DNA of 64,000 nucleotides from Patescibacteria group bacterium (GTDB lineage Bacteria; Patescibacteriota; Minisyncoccia; Portnoybacterales; UBA2143): NCBI GenBank assembly GCA_018830295.1, contig JAHJSM010000002.1, positions 115,131 to 179,130 of the forward strand, read 5' to 3'. Shown piece by piece: positions 31,610 to 40,651 of this stretch (position 1 is its first letter; each line of letters starts with the position of its first letter). The notes under the pieces were generated by a model. It saw only the letters and a program-made list of their open reading frames with translations, ran no database searches and was not told where the DNA came from. The position numbers and the translations under genes were made by a program.

Positions 31610-31852
31610 TTACATCTTAAACATTTTCCGCGCGGCGAGCATTTGAATTTTCTTCATCGCCTCATTGGCGCAATTTTTGACCGCCTCCTCTTGTGATTCC
31701 TTGTTTAATTCCCCATTCAAAACAACTTCCTCTATTTCCATCTTGCCATTCACAACCACCTTGACGCCATTCTTCTCCGCTTCGGCTTTTTCTTTCCCAA
31801 GTTCGCCCTGCAACTCCTTTAATTTTTTTAACTCTTTTAATTTTTCAAACAT
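31610..31852 (-). CDS. YbaB/EbfC-family nucleoid-associated protein
   Basis: 80 aa; LQGELGKEKAEAEKNGVKVVVNGKMEIEEVVLNGELN pattern. Confidence 0.6.
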   Translation of the reverse strand: MFEKLKELKKLKELQGELGKEKAEAEKNGVKVVVNGKMEIEEVVLNGELNKESQEEAVKNCANEAMKKIQMLAARKMFKM

Positions 31853-31911
31853 AGTATTTATATTATATCACTTCTTATCCACATATTCAACCTTGACTTA
31901 TTGTATGTTTA

Positions 31912-32121
31912 CTATATACTTAGAATATTAAGACGAAAGGGAATCCAAACGGCTTGCTGCCTAAGGAGACTCTTTCTTTTTTTATTGTTTAATTTTTCTT
32001 TTAAATATCTGCGAAATTTTACTAAATTAACAATCCATGCCGGCCTGCTGGATTTTGTCCCCATATATAAATTCTGTCCATCTATAAATGCCAAATTGTT
32101 TTCAACTTTTTTCTTTCTCAT
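31912..32121 (-). pseudogene. truncated NYN/LabA-like domain fragment (leaderless start after TGGTATAAT)
   Basis: MRKKKVENNLAFIDGQNLY matches the start of the NYN domain but the ORF is only 69 aa. Confidence 0.35.
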
Positions 32122-32205
32122 ATCCCCATTATACCAAAAAAACATTCTCTTGGCGATTTTTCCCGCAAAAAATCCCTTTAGCAAAATTCTGCCAAAGGGA
32201 TTATT

Positions 32206-32523
32206 TTATTTTTTCCTCCTTTTGTTTCTAATTGTCTCTCTTTGAATAGAAAGCTGAAGCTCATAAAGTTCGTCCCATCTCCAACTTCTCTTTCGCCTTT
32301 TCTTCATTACCCCGGTTATCTTGCTTTCATCAAGAAAAACCTCTTTGATAAACTGAATTGCTTCATGCGGCGTCAAATTTCCGAAAATATCATGCCACCT
32401 GCTGTGAAATCTTCTCGGGAAAATTTTTACATTATCTGACTCATTTCCCCCGCCCCTACTCTCTGGAATGATATGATGCTTAGATGGTTCATTTTTTCCG
32501 TTTCTACCATTTTTTCTAGCCAA
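32206..32523 (-). CDS. HNH endonuclease
   Basis: HHIIPESRGGGNESDNVKIFPRRFHSRWH H-N-H motif. Confidence 0.7.
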   Translation of the reverse strand: MARKNGRNGKNEPSKHHIIPESRGGGNESDNVKIFPRRFHSRWHDIFGNLTPHEAIQFIKEVFLDESKITGVMKKRRKRSWRWDELYELQLSIQRETIRNKRRKK

Positions 32524-32565
32524 AATATCCTCCTTTATCTTTTATATTTTTAAGTTACTATTTTC

Positions 32566-33321
32566 TTATTCTCTCCCTATCACAATCATCACCTTTTCTA
32601 TTTCCTCAATCGGCTCGTGATAACCGGTTGGATAATCTCTGATGGCATTAAATAAAATTTCTTCCTGATAACGATATTTTTCTCCTCTTATTGTTCCTGG
32701 GTCATTGACAATAAATTCCCCACTGTTCGCGTCATATCCCCAAATCACGATCATATGCCTTTCTGGTCCGGGCGGGGTAAAATATGGATTTCCCAATAAT
32801 TGACCATTAGCCGGTATAATTACCACACTACCTTTCTCTATTTCGTTAATAATATCTTGAAGAACAATCTCTCTTTTCACTTCCGCGGCATTATATCCAA
32901 AATATCCTTTAATAATTCTTTCCATCGTGTCATAACTGGATGTATCTCTGTATTCGCCAAACTCTTTTTTTTGATAATCAGACATAGCGATAATTTCTTC
33001 TTTTGCCTCTTCTTCGTTCAGCCCCTTTCCTCTTGCCCAAGAAACGGCCATCAGAGAGGTCGCTTCTTCGCAACCGTCTTGAAATATTGGATTATTCCAT
33101 TCAGCAAATGGCGCTTGAGGGATAAAAGGGACGTCAAATATCTCATAACTGTTTTCCAATAATATTTCTTCTTTTGTTGTTGCTACTACTGCTTCTTCTT
33201 TCTTCTCCTCCAAAGATTTTTTCGGAAAAAAGAAAAAAAATGCCATCAAAACAACGGCTAAAACAACAATCCAAACTATCTTATATCTCTTTAAAAAATT
33301 CTCCATCTTGCTTACCGCCAA
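32566..33321 (-). CDS. secreted/membrane-anchored C39-like papain-fold peptidase
   Basis: N-terminal TM; FQDGCEEATSLMAVSWA ... MIVIWGYDANSGEFIVNDPG resembles Peptidase_C39_2. Confidence 0.55.
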   Translation of the reverse strand: MAVSKMENFLKRYKIVWIVVLAVVLMAFFFFFPKKSLEEKKEEAVVATTKEEILLENSYEIFDVPFIPQAPFAEWNNPIFQDGCEEATSLMAVSWARGKGLNEEEAKEEIIAMSDYQKKEFGEYRDTSSYDTMERIIKGYFGYNAAEVKREIVLQDIINEIEKGSVVIIPANGQLLGNPYFTPPGPERHMIVIWGYDANSGEFIVNDPGTIRGEKYRYQEEILFNAIRDYPTGYHEPIEEIEKVMIVIGRE

Positions 33322-33329
33322 TAATTTTA

Positions 33330-33815
33330 CTAACTATCATATTTTTTGGCCGCGCGCTTTATTAATGTTGAACTTGACCTAATCTTTCTGCCGCAACCAT
33401 CTATTAACTTTATATTTAATTTTTTGCAAATTTCTGCTTCGGGGATATCGTTTAAATTTTTCCTGTCTCCGCCATTGGCAAAAATATCTGGCTTTATCTT
33501 TTGTAAAGACTTACAAACTGTTTGATCGTTGTCAATAGAAATAAAAACCTCATCAACCCATCTAATCGCTTTTAGTATTTCGGCTCGGTCTTTTTTATTC
33601 ATAAAAGGAATACTGCCCTTTAATTTTACTTGCTTGTCATTATTTACTATTACTACCAAACAATCACCAAGCAATTTAGCTGTTTTAAGTAAATCTAAAT
33701 GACCAATATGAAGCGGATTAAAGTATCCGCTTACAGCTACTATAATCTTTTTTTTCATATAAATATTTTTGCCCATTTTATAATTCCTCACCCAATAAAA
33801 TTTTATATTTCCCAA
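33330..33815 (-). CDS. cytidylyltransferase-like (HIGH-motif) nucleotidyltransferase
   Basis: VSGYFNPLHIGHLDLL motif; about 160 aa, resembling RfaE-II/TagD-type adenylyl/cytidylyltransferases. Confidence 0.65.
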   Translation of the reverse strand: MGNIKFYWVRNYKMGKNIYMKKKIIVAVSGYFNPLHIGHLDLLKTAKLLGDCLVVIVNNDKQVKLKGSIPFMNKKDRAEILKAIRWVDEVFISIDNDQTVCKSLQKIKPDIFANGGDRKNLNDIPEAEICKKLNIKLIDGCGRKIRSSSTLIKRAAKKYDS

Positions 33816-33829
33816 AAAGATCTTTCATA

Positions 33830-34696
33830 TTAATTTTTCTCTTTCAATCTTTTACTACTTTTTGGAGGTTGTAAATAATTTTTCCCACAGACGACTTTTT
33901 TGCCTGTTTTACTCTCTAATTCTTTTCTCGCGTTTTTAGCGATACGACCTCCTTTTCTGGCTGGCGTTTTGCTTTCTTCCAAACCCCTTGCTTCCATCGT
34001 TTCGGCTATTTGCCGAGTAGAAAGTTCTGCCAACGCTGTAAAAACCAACTCTGCGTCCGACATATGGTCGCGCAAGTTTTGCGTTTTTAATTTTTTCAAA
34101 TTTTTATGCTCTTTGACCGACAAATCGCTCCATTCTTTGTGGATAATATTTGTTAAAATAGCGTATTCGTCTTTTTCTTTGACTTTGTTGTCTTTCCAAT
34201 AATCAGTCAGTTTATTTCTGATTTCTTGCCCCATCATTCTTTGCTGTATCCACTTCTTGCTTCGTCCCATTCTTTGCCAATAATCCCGACTGCGATTTAA
34301 CGCTTTTCCCGGATCATTCATTTCCTCTATTCTTTCATAACCGACTTTTGCCAGCCACAGTTTTACTGGCTCAGCTTTTGGCGACGGAACGGACTGGATG
34401 AGACGCAACAATGTTTCTACATCAGATGTATCAGTCAAATAAAATTTTCCATCTGCTGCCTCAAATTTCAGTTGGTGACAATTTGACACCGACTCGTTTC
34501 CCTCTTTTTTAAGTCTTTCTTTAAGTTTATTCCAATACTTTCTGGCAGTTTGATAATCGGCTTGTTGAATTAACGCTTGAATAATATCTACTACCGAAAA
34601 ATACCATTTTTCTTTTTTCTCGTCCCAAAGACGGCGGATTTTTTGACCTTCAAAAATTGTAATTTGTTTATTGTTTATGCTTTTAATTGTTCTCAT
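33830..34696 (-). CDS. Bro-N domain protein (phage antirepressor / DinD-like)
   Basis: N-terminal ITIFEGQKIRRLWDEKKEKWYFSVVDIIQAL Bro-N pattern. Confidence 0.55.
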   Translation of the reverse strand: MRTIKSINNKQITIFEGQKIRRLWDEKKEKWYFSVVDIIQALIQQADYQTARKYWNKLKERLKKEGNESVSNCHQLKFEAADGKFYLTDTSDVETLLRLIQSVPSPKAEPVKLWLAKVGYERIEEMNDPGKALNRSRDYWQRMGRSKKWIQQRMMGQEIRNKLTDYWKDNKVKEKDEYAILTNIIHKEWSDLSVKEHKNLKKLKTQNLRDHMSDAELVFTALAELSTRQIAETMEARGLEESKTPARKGGRIAKNARKELESKTGKKVVCGKNYLQPPKSSKRLKEKN

Positions 34697-34797
34697 AAAA
34701 TTTTATATTTCCCTAAAAAATCCTTCATACCCTCATTATACCAAAAAACCGCCCCCTTGGCGATTCCTAAAAAAGGTTCCTGACGCCTTTTTTGTCC

Positions 34798-35688
34798 CTA
34801 CGGCTGGAAAATTTCCTCTGGCAGAAAACGGACTTGCTGGACTTCTGGAAATTGCTTGGCTGTCGCTTCAATCTGAAACCAAAGAATGCCCACGCGACAG
34901 GAACCGCCAACTGTTTTGTTTTTAGCGTCGTCAAATTCAAGAGTTAAAACCCCGTCCCTCAACAAAGCTCCTTTTAAAGAAAGCCCCTCCAACGGATATT
35001 CACTGTCAATTCCTTGAGCCCGCTCTTCGTCGGTTAATTCGCCCGAAAGCAAAAGTTTAATCGCATCTTGAATCGGCGTTTGGGTTATGGGAATTTCTCT
35101 TTCAACTGGCGCCAACCCTTCCCTACTACAAGCGATATTGCCCGATTCATCTCTATCTAGTTCTTGATTGTAATAATATAATTTTATAGGCGGAGTCTGT
35201 AATTGCCAGATAGAATAATTAAGATAACCGGCAAAACTGACCCAAAGAAGATACGGCAAAAGAAGAAGCGCCGCCTTCCATGAGATTTTGTAAAAAACAA
35301 TGATTGTCCCAATAATCGCGAACCAGAGAAGGACGATGTCAATAAACGCCCAGCCGGGATTTTTTAATCCAAAAAAGATAATTGACCAAATCGCGTTCAA
35401 AAAAAGCTGAACACCAAACACGCCAAGCGCCATTTTTACATCTTTTCGCTCAAACCCTTTCTTCCATACCAAAAACGCGGCGACGCCCATGAGAAAATAC
35501 AATGTCGTCCACGCGGGACCAAAAACCCAACTTGGAGGATTGAATGCCGGTTTCGCGAGCCCAGCATACCAAACAGGTATCGCCGAAACGGTAAATACCG
35601 AGCCGATAATCCCGGCAATTTCGCAAACTCCAACAGCAATAATCAATTTTAAAACATTATTTAACTTCATAATACTAAAATTTAACAA
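34798..35688 (-). CDS. TspO/MBR tryptophan-rich sensory protein fused to a GerMN-like domain
   Basis: 5 TM with W-rich TspO motifs; C-terminal 130 aa ending GILWFQIEATAKQFPEVQQVRF resembles GerMN. Confidence 0.5.
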   Translation of the reverse strand: MLNFSIMKLNNVLKLIIAVGVCEIAGIIGSVFTVSAIPVWYAGLAKPAFNPPSWVFGPAWTTLYFLMGVAAFLVWKKGFERKDVKMALGVFGVQLFLNAIWSIIFFGLKNPGWAFIDIVLLWFAIIGTIIVFYKISWKAALLLLPYLLWVSFAGYLNYSIWQLQTPPIKLYYYNQELDRDESGNIACSREGLAPVEREIPITQTPIQDAIKLLLSGELTDEERAQGIDSEYPLEGLSLKGALLRDGVLTLEFDDAKNKTVGGSCRVGILWFQIEATAKQFPEVQQVRFLPEEIFQP

Positions 35689-35707
35689 GTCAAATGTAAG
35701 CCAAATA

Positions 35708-36019
35708 TTACTTTTTTTCTAAACAAAGCCGATTAAAAATTTGAACAGCTTTTTCTGTTGGCTCAGCAATCAACTCAATCCCCTGTTTTTCTAAATATTC
35801 TTCTGTTTCTTTTAAAACTTTCATCAATCCAGGAGTCCCAGCGCCAATAATCAAAACATCCGGTCCTTCATCAACCGCTTCTTTTATATCATCAATACAA
35901 ACCTCATGCCCTTGCTTCCGCCACCATTTCTTTACTTTGTTAGGATAAATAATAATATCAGCATCATATCTTTTCCCATCAATCATTATCTCGCCAAAAT
36001 TGTAAGAATCTATGTGCAT
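35708..36019 (-). CDS. MTH938-like (DUF498) domain protein, leaderless start after TGGTATAAT
   Basis: MHIDSYNFGEIMIDGKRYDADIIIYP...VLIIGAGT pattern. Confidence 0.55.
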   Translation of the reverse strand: MHIDSYNFGEIMIDGKRYDADIIIYPNKVKKWWRKQGHEVCIDDIKEAVDEGPDVLIIGAGTPGLMKVLKETEEYLEKQGIELIAEPTEKAVQIFNRLCLEKK

Positions 36020-36135
36020 GTTTTTATTATACCAAAAAACCGCCCCCTTGGCGATTTTTATAGTTGACAAAAAATATTAATATGATAGAATCACGACAGT
36101 ACTTTTTTAATTAACCCTAACAAAAGGAGGAAAAA

Positions 36136-36327
36136 ATGGGAGATAACAAACCTTTCGTACCACTTAAAGACGGCTTTGGGATTCAGCCTATGGGTCCATC
36201 CCCATTAGGTAACGGCGATATGCACGACACTTTTAAAAGCGACCGAGAAGGCAATATTTCTAAAGGACATACTACCGTCAGAATTCCTGGCGGGAAAACA
36301 GCCCACATGCCCTGGACCCCAAAATAG
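36136..36327 (+). CDS. conserved 63-aa small protein, paralog A (candidate precursor peptide)
   Basis: strong SD AAAGGAGG 6 nt before ATG; terminator follows; about 85 percent identical to 38530-38721. Confidence 0.6.
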   Translation: MGDNKPFVPLKDGFGIQPMGPSPLGNGDMHDTFKSDREGNISKGHTTVRIPGGKTAHMPWTPK

Positions 36328-36336
36328 GCCGGCGTT

Positions 36337-36365
36337 AACTTAAAAGGAGCTCAAAATAACGAGCT
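36337..36365. terminator. bidirectional terminator AAAAGGAGCTC-AAAATAAC-GAGCTCCTTTTTT
   Basis: 11-bp stem flanked by A/T runs. Confidence 0.7.
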
Positions 36366-36372
36366 CCTTTTT

Positions 36373-36981
36373 TCATTTCCCGCAAATCCCCTTTATCTCC
36401 CGCGCTAATTCAGGAAATTCCGGCTGATTAAAATGACCTCTATCCTTAAATATTCTCACAGTCGCGTCGGGTAAATCTTTTTGATATTTCCCGAGGTCAA
36501 GATAAGGAACAACCGGGTCGTCTTCGCTATGATAAATAAATATCTTGCCGCCTTGCCCCTTAAACTTTTTTAAATTATTTAATATAACGAAATCTCCCAA
36601 CGGCTCTTCAATATCTTTTTCATCATACGGTGGAGCAATCAAAATTGAAGCGCGAATTTTCTTTGGAAATTTGTTTTCCGAAAGATATTTCGCCAAAAAT
36701 ACCCCGCCTAAAGAATGACCAATTAAAACAACATTATCATCTAATAAACGAGCGATTTTCCTAAACAACATTTTCCATTCGGCATATTTAGAATTCATCG
36801 GATTTGGCATTTTCAGCAATAAAACATCAAATCTATTTCCAAGTTCCTCTCGCAAAGTATCTTTCCATCCTATTTTTCTATACCTATCTAAGTCAACTTT
36901 CAAAAATTTCAAAAACGACAGATAATCCTTATCTGTTTCAAAAGCAGAACCACCATGAATCACAACAATTTGCTTTGTCAT
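36373..36981 (-). CDS. serine hydrolase of the RBBP9/YdeN alpha/beta-hydrolase family
   Basis: about 200 aa, GHSLGG nucleophile elbow, HGGSAF start, C-terminal D and H. Confidence 0.55.
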   Translation of the reverse strand: MTKQIVVIHGGSAFETDKDYLSFLKFLKVDLDRYRKIGWKDTLREELGNRFDVLLLKMPNPMNSKYAEWKMLFRKIARLLDDNVVLIGHSLGGVFLAKYLSENKFPKKIRASILIAPPYDEKDIEEPLGDFVILNNLKKFKGQGGKIFIYHSEDDPVVPYLDLGKYQKDLPDATVRIFKDRGHFNQPEFPELAREIKGICGK

Positions 36982-36994
36982 ATTATATTATTTT

Positions 36995-37909
36995 TTATAA
37001 CCCGTTCCCTCTCTCAATTTGCTCGGCTGACTTTAAAATAATCTCCGGCTTGCCTCCATATTCCTCAACTTCGCCTCTTATCCTAACCATCTGACTTGAA
37101 TAATATTTTTCCGGATTTTGAACAAATTCATCCAAATCAGAACTGAAAATCACCCCGACAAAACATTGTTCAGGATAAGCGTCTTCAAAATTCAAAAAAA
37201 CCGTATTGGTTTGGGAGCGATAACCATCAGCCACCCACCCCTCAACAATCACCTCTTGCCCATAATATTGAGCAGACGAACAAGCGTCAATTACTTTCAA
37301 ACCAGTTAATTCAGAAGTTAATTTTGACCAGTTATAATTTCCATCCCTGTTAATCGACTCCGCTCCTTGTCCGCTCCACTTGCAACCAACCTTATTTTCA
37401 ATAGCGACTCCTTCCGCCAAAGCAATTTCTGATTGATATTTGCTCCCCTCATAAGAAGCGCGAGCCACAACCAGCCCCTCCTGAACCATTTTCAACCCAA
37501 TATTAACATCATCCACGAAAACATATCGCAAATATCGGCACCACTGGTCCAAATCATCCCCGCCCATCTCCAAAACCGCCTCCTTGCCCAAAACCAGTTC
37601 CTCCAATCGCTCTTGAGCCGCCCCATAGCACGGCTTGCCCCTTTCATCCGCGTCAAACCACAAAAGACGGACTGAATAACCACCCTCAATCAAAACCGTG
37701 TCCCCGTCAATCACTTTCGTCACCATCCGAACCGCTCCATCCTCCAATTTCGGCGTATCAGAACAACCACCGCTCTCTTGCGCTAAATCATCATCAATCA
37801 ATCTTTCAGAATAAAAAAACCAAACAACCCCGCCCACAACCAAAACCCCAACCATTGCCGACAAAACTATTTTATATTTTATTAAAAACTTTTTCATATC
37901 TTGACCCAT
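36995..37909 (-). CDS. membrane-anchored thermonuclease (SNase-like) domain protein
   Basis: N-terminal TM; VIDGDTV...VRLLWFDADE...YLRYV SNase motifs. Confidence 0.6.
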   Translation of the reverse strand: MGQDMKKFLIKYKIVLSAMVGVLVVGGVVWFFYSERLIDDDLAQESGGCSDTPKLEDGAVRMVTKVIDGDTVLIEGGYSVRLLWFDADERGKPCYGAAQERLEELVLGKEAVLEMGGDDLDQWCRYLRYVFVDDVNIGLKMVQEGLVVARASYEGSKYQSEIALAEGVAIENKVGCKWSGQGAESINRDGNYNWSKLTSELTGLKVIDACSSAQYYGQEVIVEGWVADGYRSQTNTVFLNFEDAYPEQCFVGVIFSSDLDEFVQNPEKYYSSQMVRIRGEVEEYGGKPEIILKSAEQIERGNGL

Positions 37910-38230
37910 ACCCCCATTATACCAAAAAACCGCTGTTTAGGCGATTTTTTTTATAGTTCTTCAAGCGCGTTAAGTAAAGAGGACACCCCTCGCCGCGAGG
38001 GGTGTCCTCTTATTTCTCATTTTTTCCCAAAAAGTTTCCTGTCGCCTCCCCTCCCCGTCATTGCGGGCTTGCCGCGCCCGCCTCTGGAGGGACCCGCAAT
38101 CCAGACCCTCTTTCTCTCCCTCTTTTTTCAGAATACGGAGCAAAAATTGTTATTGACAGTATAGCGCTTTATGAGTTATACTTTTTAAAAAATAAATCAT
38201 ATTATAACAAGTAAAGTTCTTTAAAAGGAG

Positions 38231-38494
38231 GTGGTAATTATGACAAAGAAAAAATATCCTTGTCCAAGATGTGGGAAAGAGGTTTCTATAAGCGAAAGTA
38301 AGGTGTCACCGATTGGATTTCTTCCTGATTTGCCCTCGTTGGCGAGCGCAAATATAATTTTTGGGACAGCTTCCAAGGAAGAGAAAAAGCGGCATGACGA
38401 AAAATTGGAAAGATATTATGGAGAAAACTGCTGGTGCAAGAAGTGCCATAATATAATTAGGAAAAAATATCTAAAGAATCCCCAAATGTTTTGA
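38231..38494 (+). CDS. small zinc-ribbon protein (CPRCG ... CWCKKC)
   Basis: SD AAAGGAGGTGG; two Cys pairs. Confidence 0.5.
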   Translation: MVIMTKKKYPCPRCGKEVSISESKVSPIGFLPDLPSLASANIIFGTASKEEKKRHDEKLERYYGENCWCKKCHNIIRKKYLKNPQMF

Positions 38495-38529
38495 CATTTT
38501 TATTAACCGCAAACAAAAGGAGGCAAAAA

Positions 38530-38721
38530 GTGGGAGATAACAAACCTTTCGTACCGCTAAAAAATGGCTTTGGGATCCAACCTATGGGACCATCCCCATT
38601 AGGCGATGGCGACATGCACGATACTTTCAAAAGCGACAGCGACGGCAACATTTCTGAAGGACATACCACTGTCCGAATCCCCGGTGGAAAAAAGATTCAT
38701 ATGCCATGGAACCCGAAATAA
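38530..38721 (+). CDS. conserved 63-aa small protein, paralog B (GTG start; candidate precursor peptide)
   Basis: SD AAAGGAGG 6 nt upstream of in-frame GTG; paralog of 36136-36327. Confidence 0.55.
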   Translation: MGDNKPFVPLKNGFGIQPMGPSPLGDGDMHDTFKSDSDGNISEGHTTVRIPGGKKIHMPWNPK

Positions 38722-38814
38722 TTCCTAAACAAGGAGTCCAACAGGACAAGGAGCTCAAAAACAACGAACTCCTTTTTCTATACCAAAAAACCGCCCTCTT
38801 GGCGATTTTTTAAC

Positions 38815-38995
38815 ATGATAAAAAAGGTTAGACCTTTCGAGTAGAGACATTTCTTAAGGTCTCGCTCAGAAGGTCTGACCTTTTTTCACCCCCTGTATTT
38901 CTCCCCAAACCCCCTCTAAATCTTTTACTCCCCCTTATCCTCCCTAAACCTATTCCTAAGATATTCCTTTTCTAATTTCAAAGATTTTATCTTAA
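38815..38995 (-). repeat. about 170 bp repeat copy 1: 3' end of small-ORF family (…IKSLKLEKEYLRNRFREDKGE stop) plus compound terminator hairpin
   Basis: near-identical to 48590-48750; partial copies at 42445-42540 and 50100-50175. Confidence 0.7.
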
Positions 38996-39111
38996 TCTCT
39001 TTTTATTTCTTTTGGGATTGACAAAGATAAAATAAAAAGCCACAATAAAGAAAGTATGAGATATGTTCTTTAACCGTTGAATAATACCGAAGATAAAAAA
39101 GGAGGTCCCTG

Positions 39112-40452
39112 ATGATATCTAATCTTAGAAGCCCTATATATGTTCAAATAGAAATAACTTCTAATTGCAACAACAAATGCCTGCACTGCTACAACTTTTG
39201 GCGTTATGACCAAACAAATGAAAGGAAAGAATTGTCTATCTCTGAATGGAAAAAGGTGGCTAAAATTTTGGGAGAAAATGATATTTTCTACGCTACTATC
39301 ACTGGAGGCGAACCATTTGTCGCAAAAGAAAAAACATATAATCTTATGAATTTCTTGCGCGAACAAAACATCCGTATAATGATAAATTCCAATGCTACCT
39401 TAATTAATCAAAACGAAGCGGAAAAACTATCAACATATCCAATAGAAATATTTCTCGTATCCCTAATTTCGTCTAACCCGCGGCAACACAATGAAATTGC
39501 TAATTCAAATCTCGCTTTTCAAAAAACTGTTCAAGGCATTAAAAATCTGCAAAAGGCAAAGATCAATTTAGCAATCAATATGGTTGCGAGTAAAATTAAT
39601 TACCAAAATGTCTACACAACAGGCAAATGGGTTTATGAAAATTTAGGTATTAAAAATTTCAGCGCCACGCCAATTTGCCCATCAGTCCAGGAGCATCAAG
39701 TTCTTGAATTAAACGAAAAAGAAACAATAGACACGCTTGGTCAACTCCTCCAATTAAAGAAAGATTTCGGGCTTAATGTGGATATTTTGGAAGTTTTTCC
39801 AACCTGCCTTTTTGAAAATCTTGAAAATGAAATTGTAGAAACATTCTCAAAAAGAATGTGTACTGCCGGAAATACTACAATAACCATCGGATCCGAAGGC
39901 AATATCAGAGCGTGTTCATACGACCAAAAATCTTATGGCAATATATTAAACGAAAGCTTCAATAACATCTGGAAAAGAATGGAAATTTGGCGGAATAATT
40001 CTTTGCTGCCGCCCGAATGCAATGAGTGTATTATAGCAGATAGTTGCGGAGGAGGATGCCGAGTAAACGCCAAAGTAAAACAAGACGGATATTGCGAACT
40101 TAGCAATTTCTATAAAGGCGCGCTGAAGGAAAAACAGGAAAAATTCTTCAAAGAAACATCCGAGATTCAACTGAACAAAAAGTTATCACTATCTAAAAAT
40201 ATTCTCTTTAGAGAAGAAAAAGAAAACAAATTCGTATTGGTGGCAAATTCCATGCATTTTGTTATAGTAAATGATAAAGGGTTGGAAGTAGTAAAACATT
40301 TAAATACCTTAAGTTCTTTTACACCCTCTGAAATAATTAGCGCGCTGAATTTAGACGTAGAGAAAGACAGGAAGTTTTTCGCAGAACTTTTTCAAAAAGG
40401 ATTCTTGTTAGAACCCGCAACCAAGCCGAAAGGAGGTGGCAAAGATGGTTAA
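39112..40452 (+). CDS. radical SAM / SPASM-domain enzyme with C-terminal PqqD-like (RRE-like) extension
   Basis: CNNKCLHC (CX3CX2C) near N-terminus; C-terminal CNECIIADSCGGGC SPASM-type cysteines; last about 90 aa resemble PqqD; SD AAAGGAGG. Confidence 0.8.
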   Translation: MISNLRSPIYVQIEITSNCNNKCLHCYNFWRYDQTNERKELSISEWKKVAKILGENDIFYATITGGEPFVAKEKTYNLMNFLREQNIRIMINSNATLINQNEAEKLSTYPIEIFLVSLISSNPRQHNEIANSNLAFQKTVQGIKNLQKAKINLAINMVASKINYQNVYTTGKWVYENLGIKNFSATPICPSVQEHQVLELNEKETIDTLGQLLQLKKDFGLNVDILEVFPTCLFENLENEIVETFSKRMCTAGNTTITIGSEGNIRACSYDQKSYGNILNESFNNIWKRMEIWRNNSLLPPECNECIIADSCGGGCRVNAKVKQDGYCELSNFYKGALKEKQEKFFKETSEIQLNKKLSLSKNILFREEKENKFVLVANSMHFVIVNDKGLEVVKHLNTLSSFTPSEIISALNLDVEKDRKFFAELFQKGFLLEPATKPKGGGKDG

Positions 40453-40606
40453 CAAGTTGCTCGCGGAAAAAAAAGGGGCTGACGCAAACACTGGCAGTAA
40501 TGAAATCCAGATGTTTAATTCCGCGCTTCAGCCCACGGAAAGCGGTTCAGATAGCAATTACACCAATTGTTATTGCTACGGACCCGCCTATCCCCCCTGC
40601 AAATAA
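40445..40606 (+). CDS. 53-aa Cys-containing peptide (MVNKLLAEKKGADANTGSNEIQMFNSALQPTESGSDSNYTNCYCYGPAYPPCK), candidate RiPP precursor, translationally coupled to the rSAM gene
   Basis: ATG overlaps the rSAM stop (ATGGTTAA); SD AAAGGAGGTG 6 nt upstream; terminator immediately downstream; missing from the ORF track (below length cutoff). Confidence 0.55.
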   Translation: MVNKLLAEKKGADANTGSNEIQMFNSALQPTESGSDSNYTNCYCYGPAYPPCK

Positions 40607-40616
40607 AAGCAGGAAC

Positions 40617-40651
40617 AAAAAAGGGGTCAAAAATTATTTGATCCCTTTTTC
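40617..40651. terminator. bidirectional terminator AAGGGGTCAAA-AATTA-TTTGATCCCTTTTT
   Basis: 9-bp stem (one G-U) plus T-run between convergent genes. Confidence 0.6.

Noticed and set aside
31901-32245. 114-aa plus-strand ORF
   Set aside because: Antisense to the NYN fragment and HNH gene region, low complexity.
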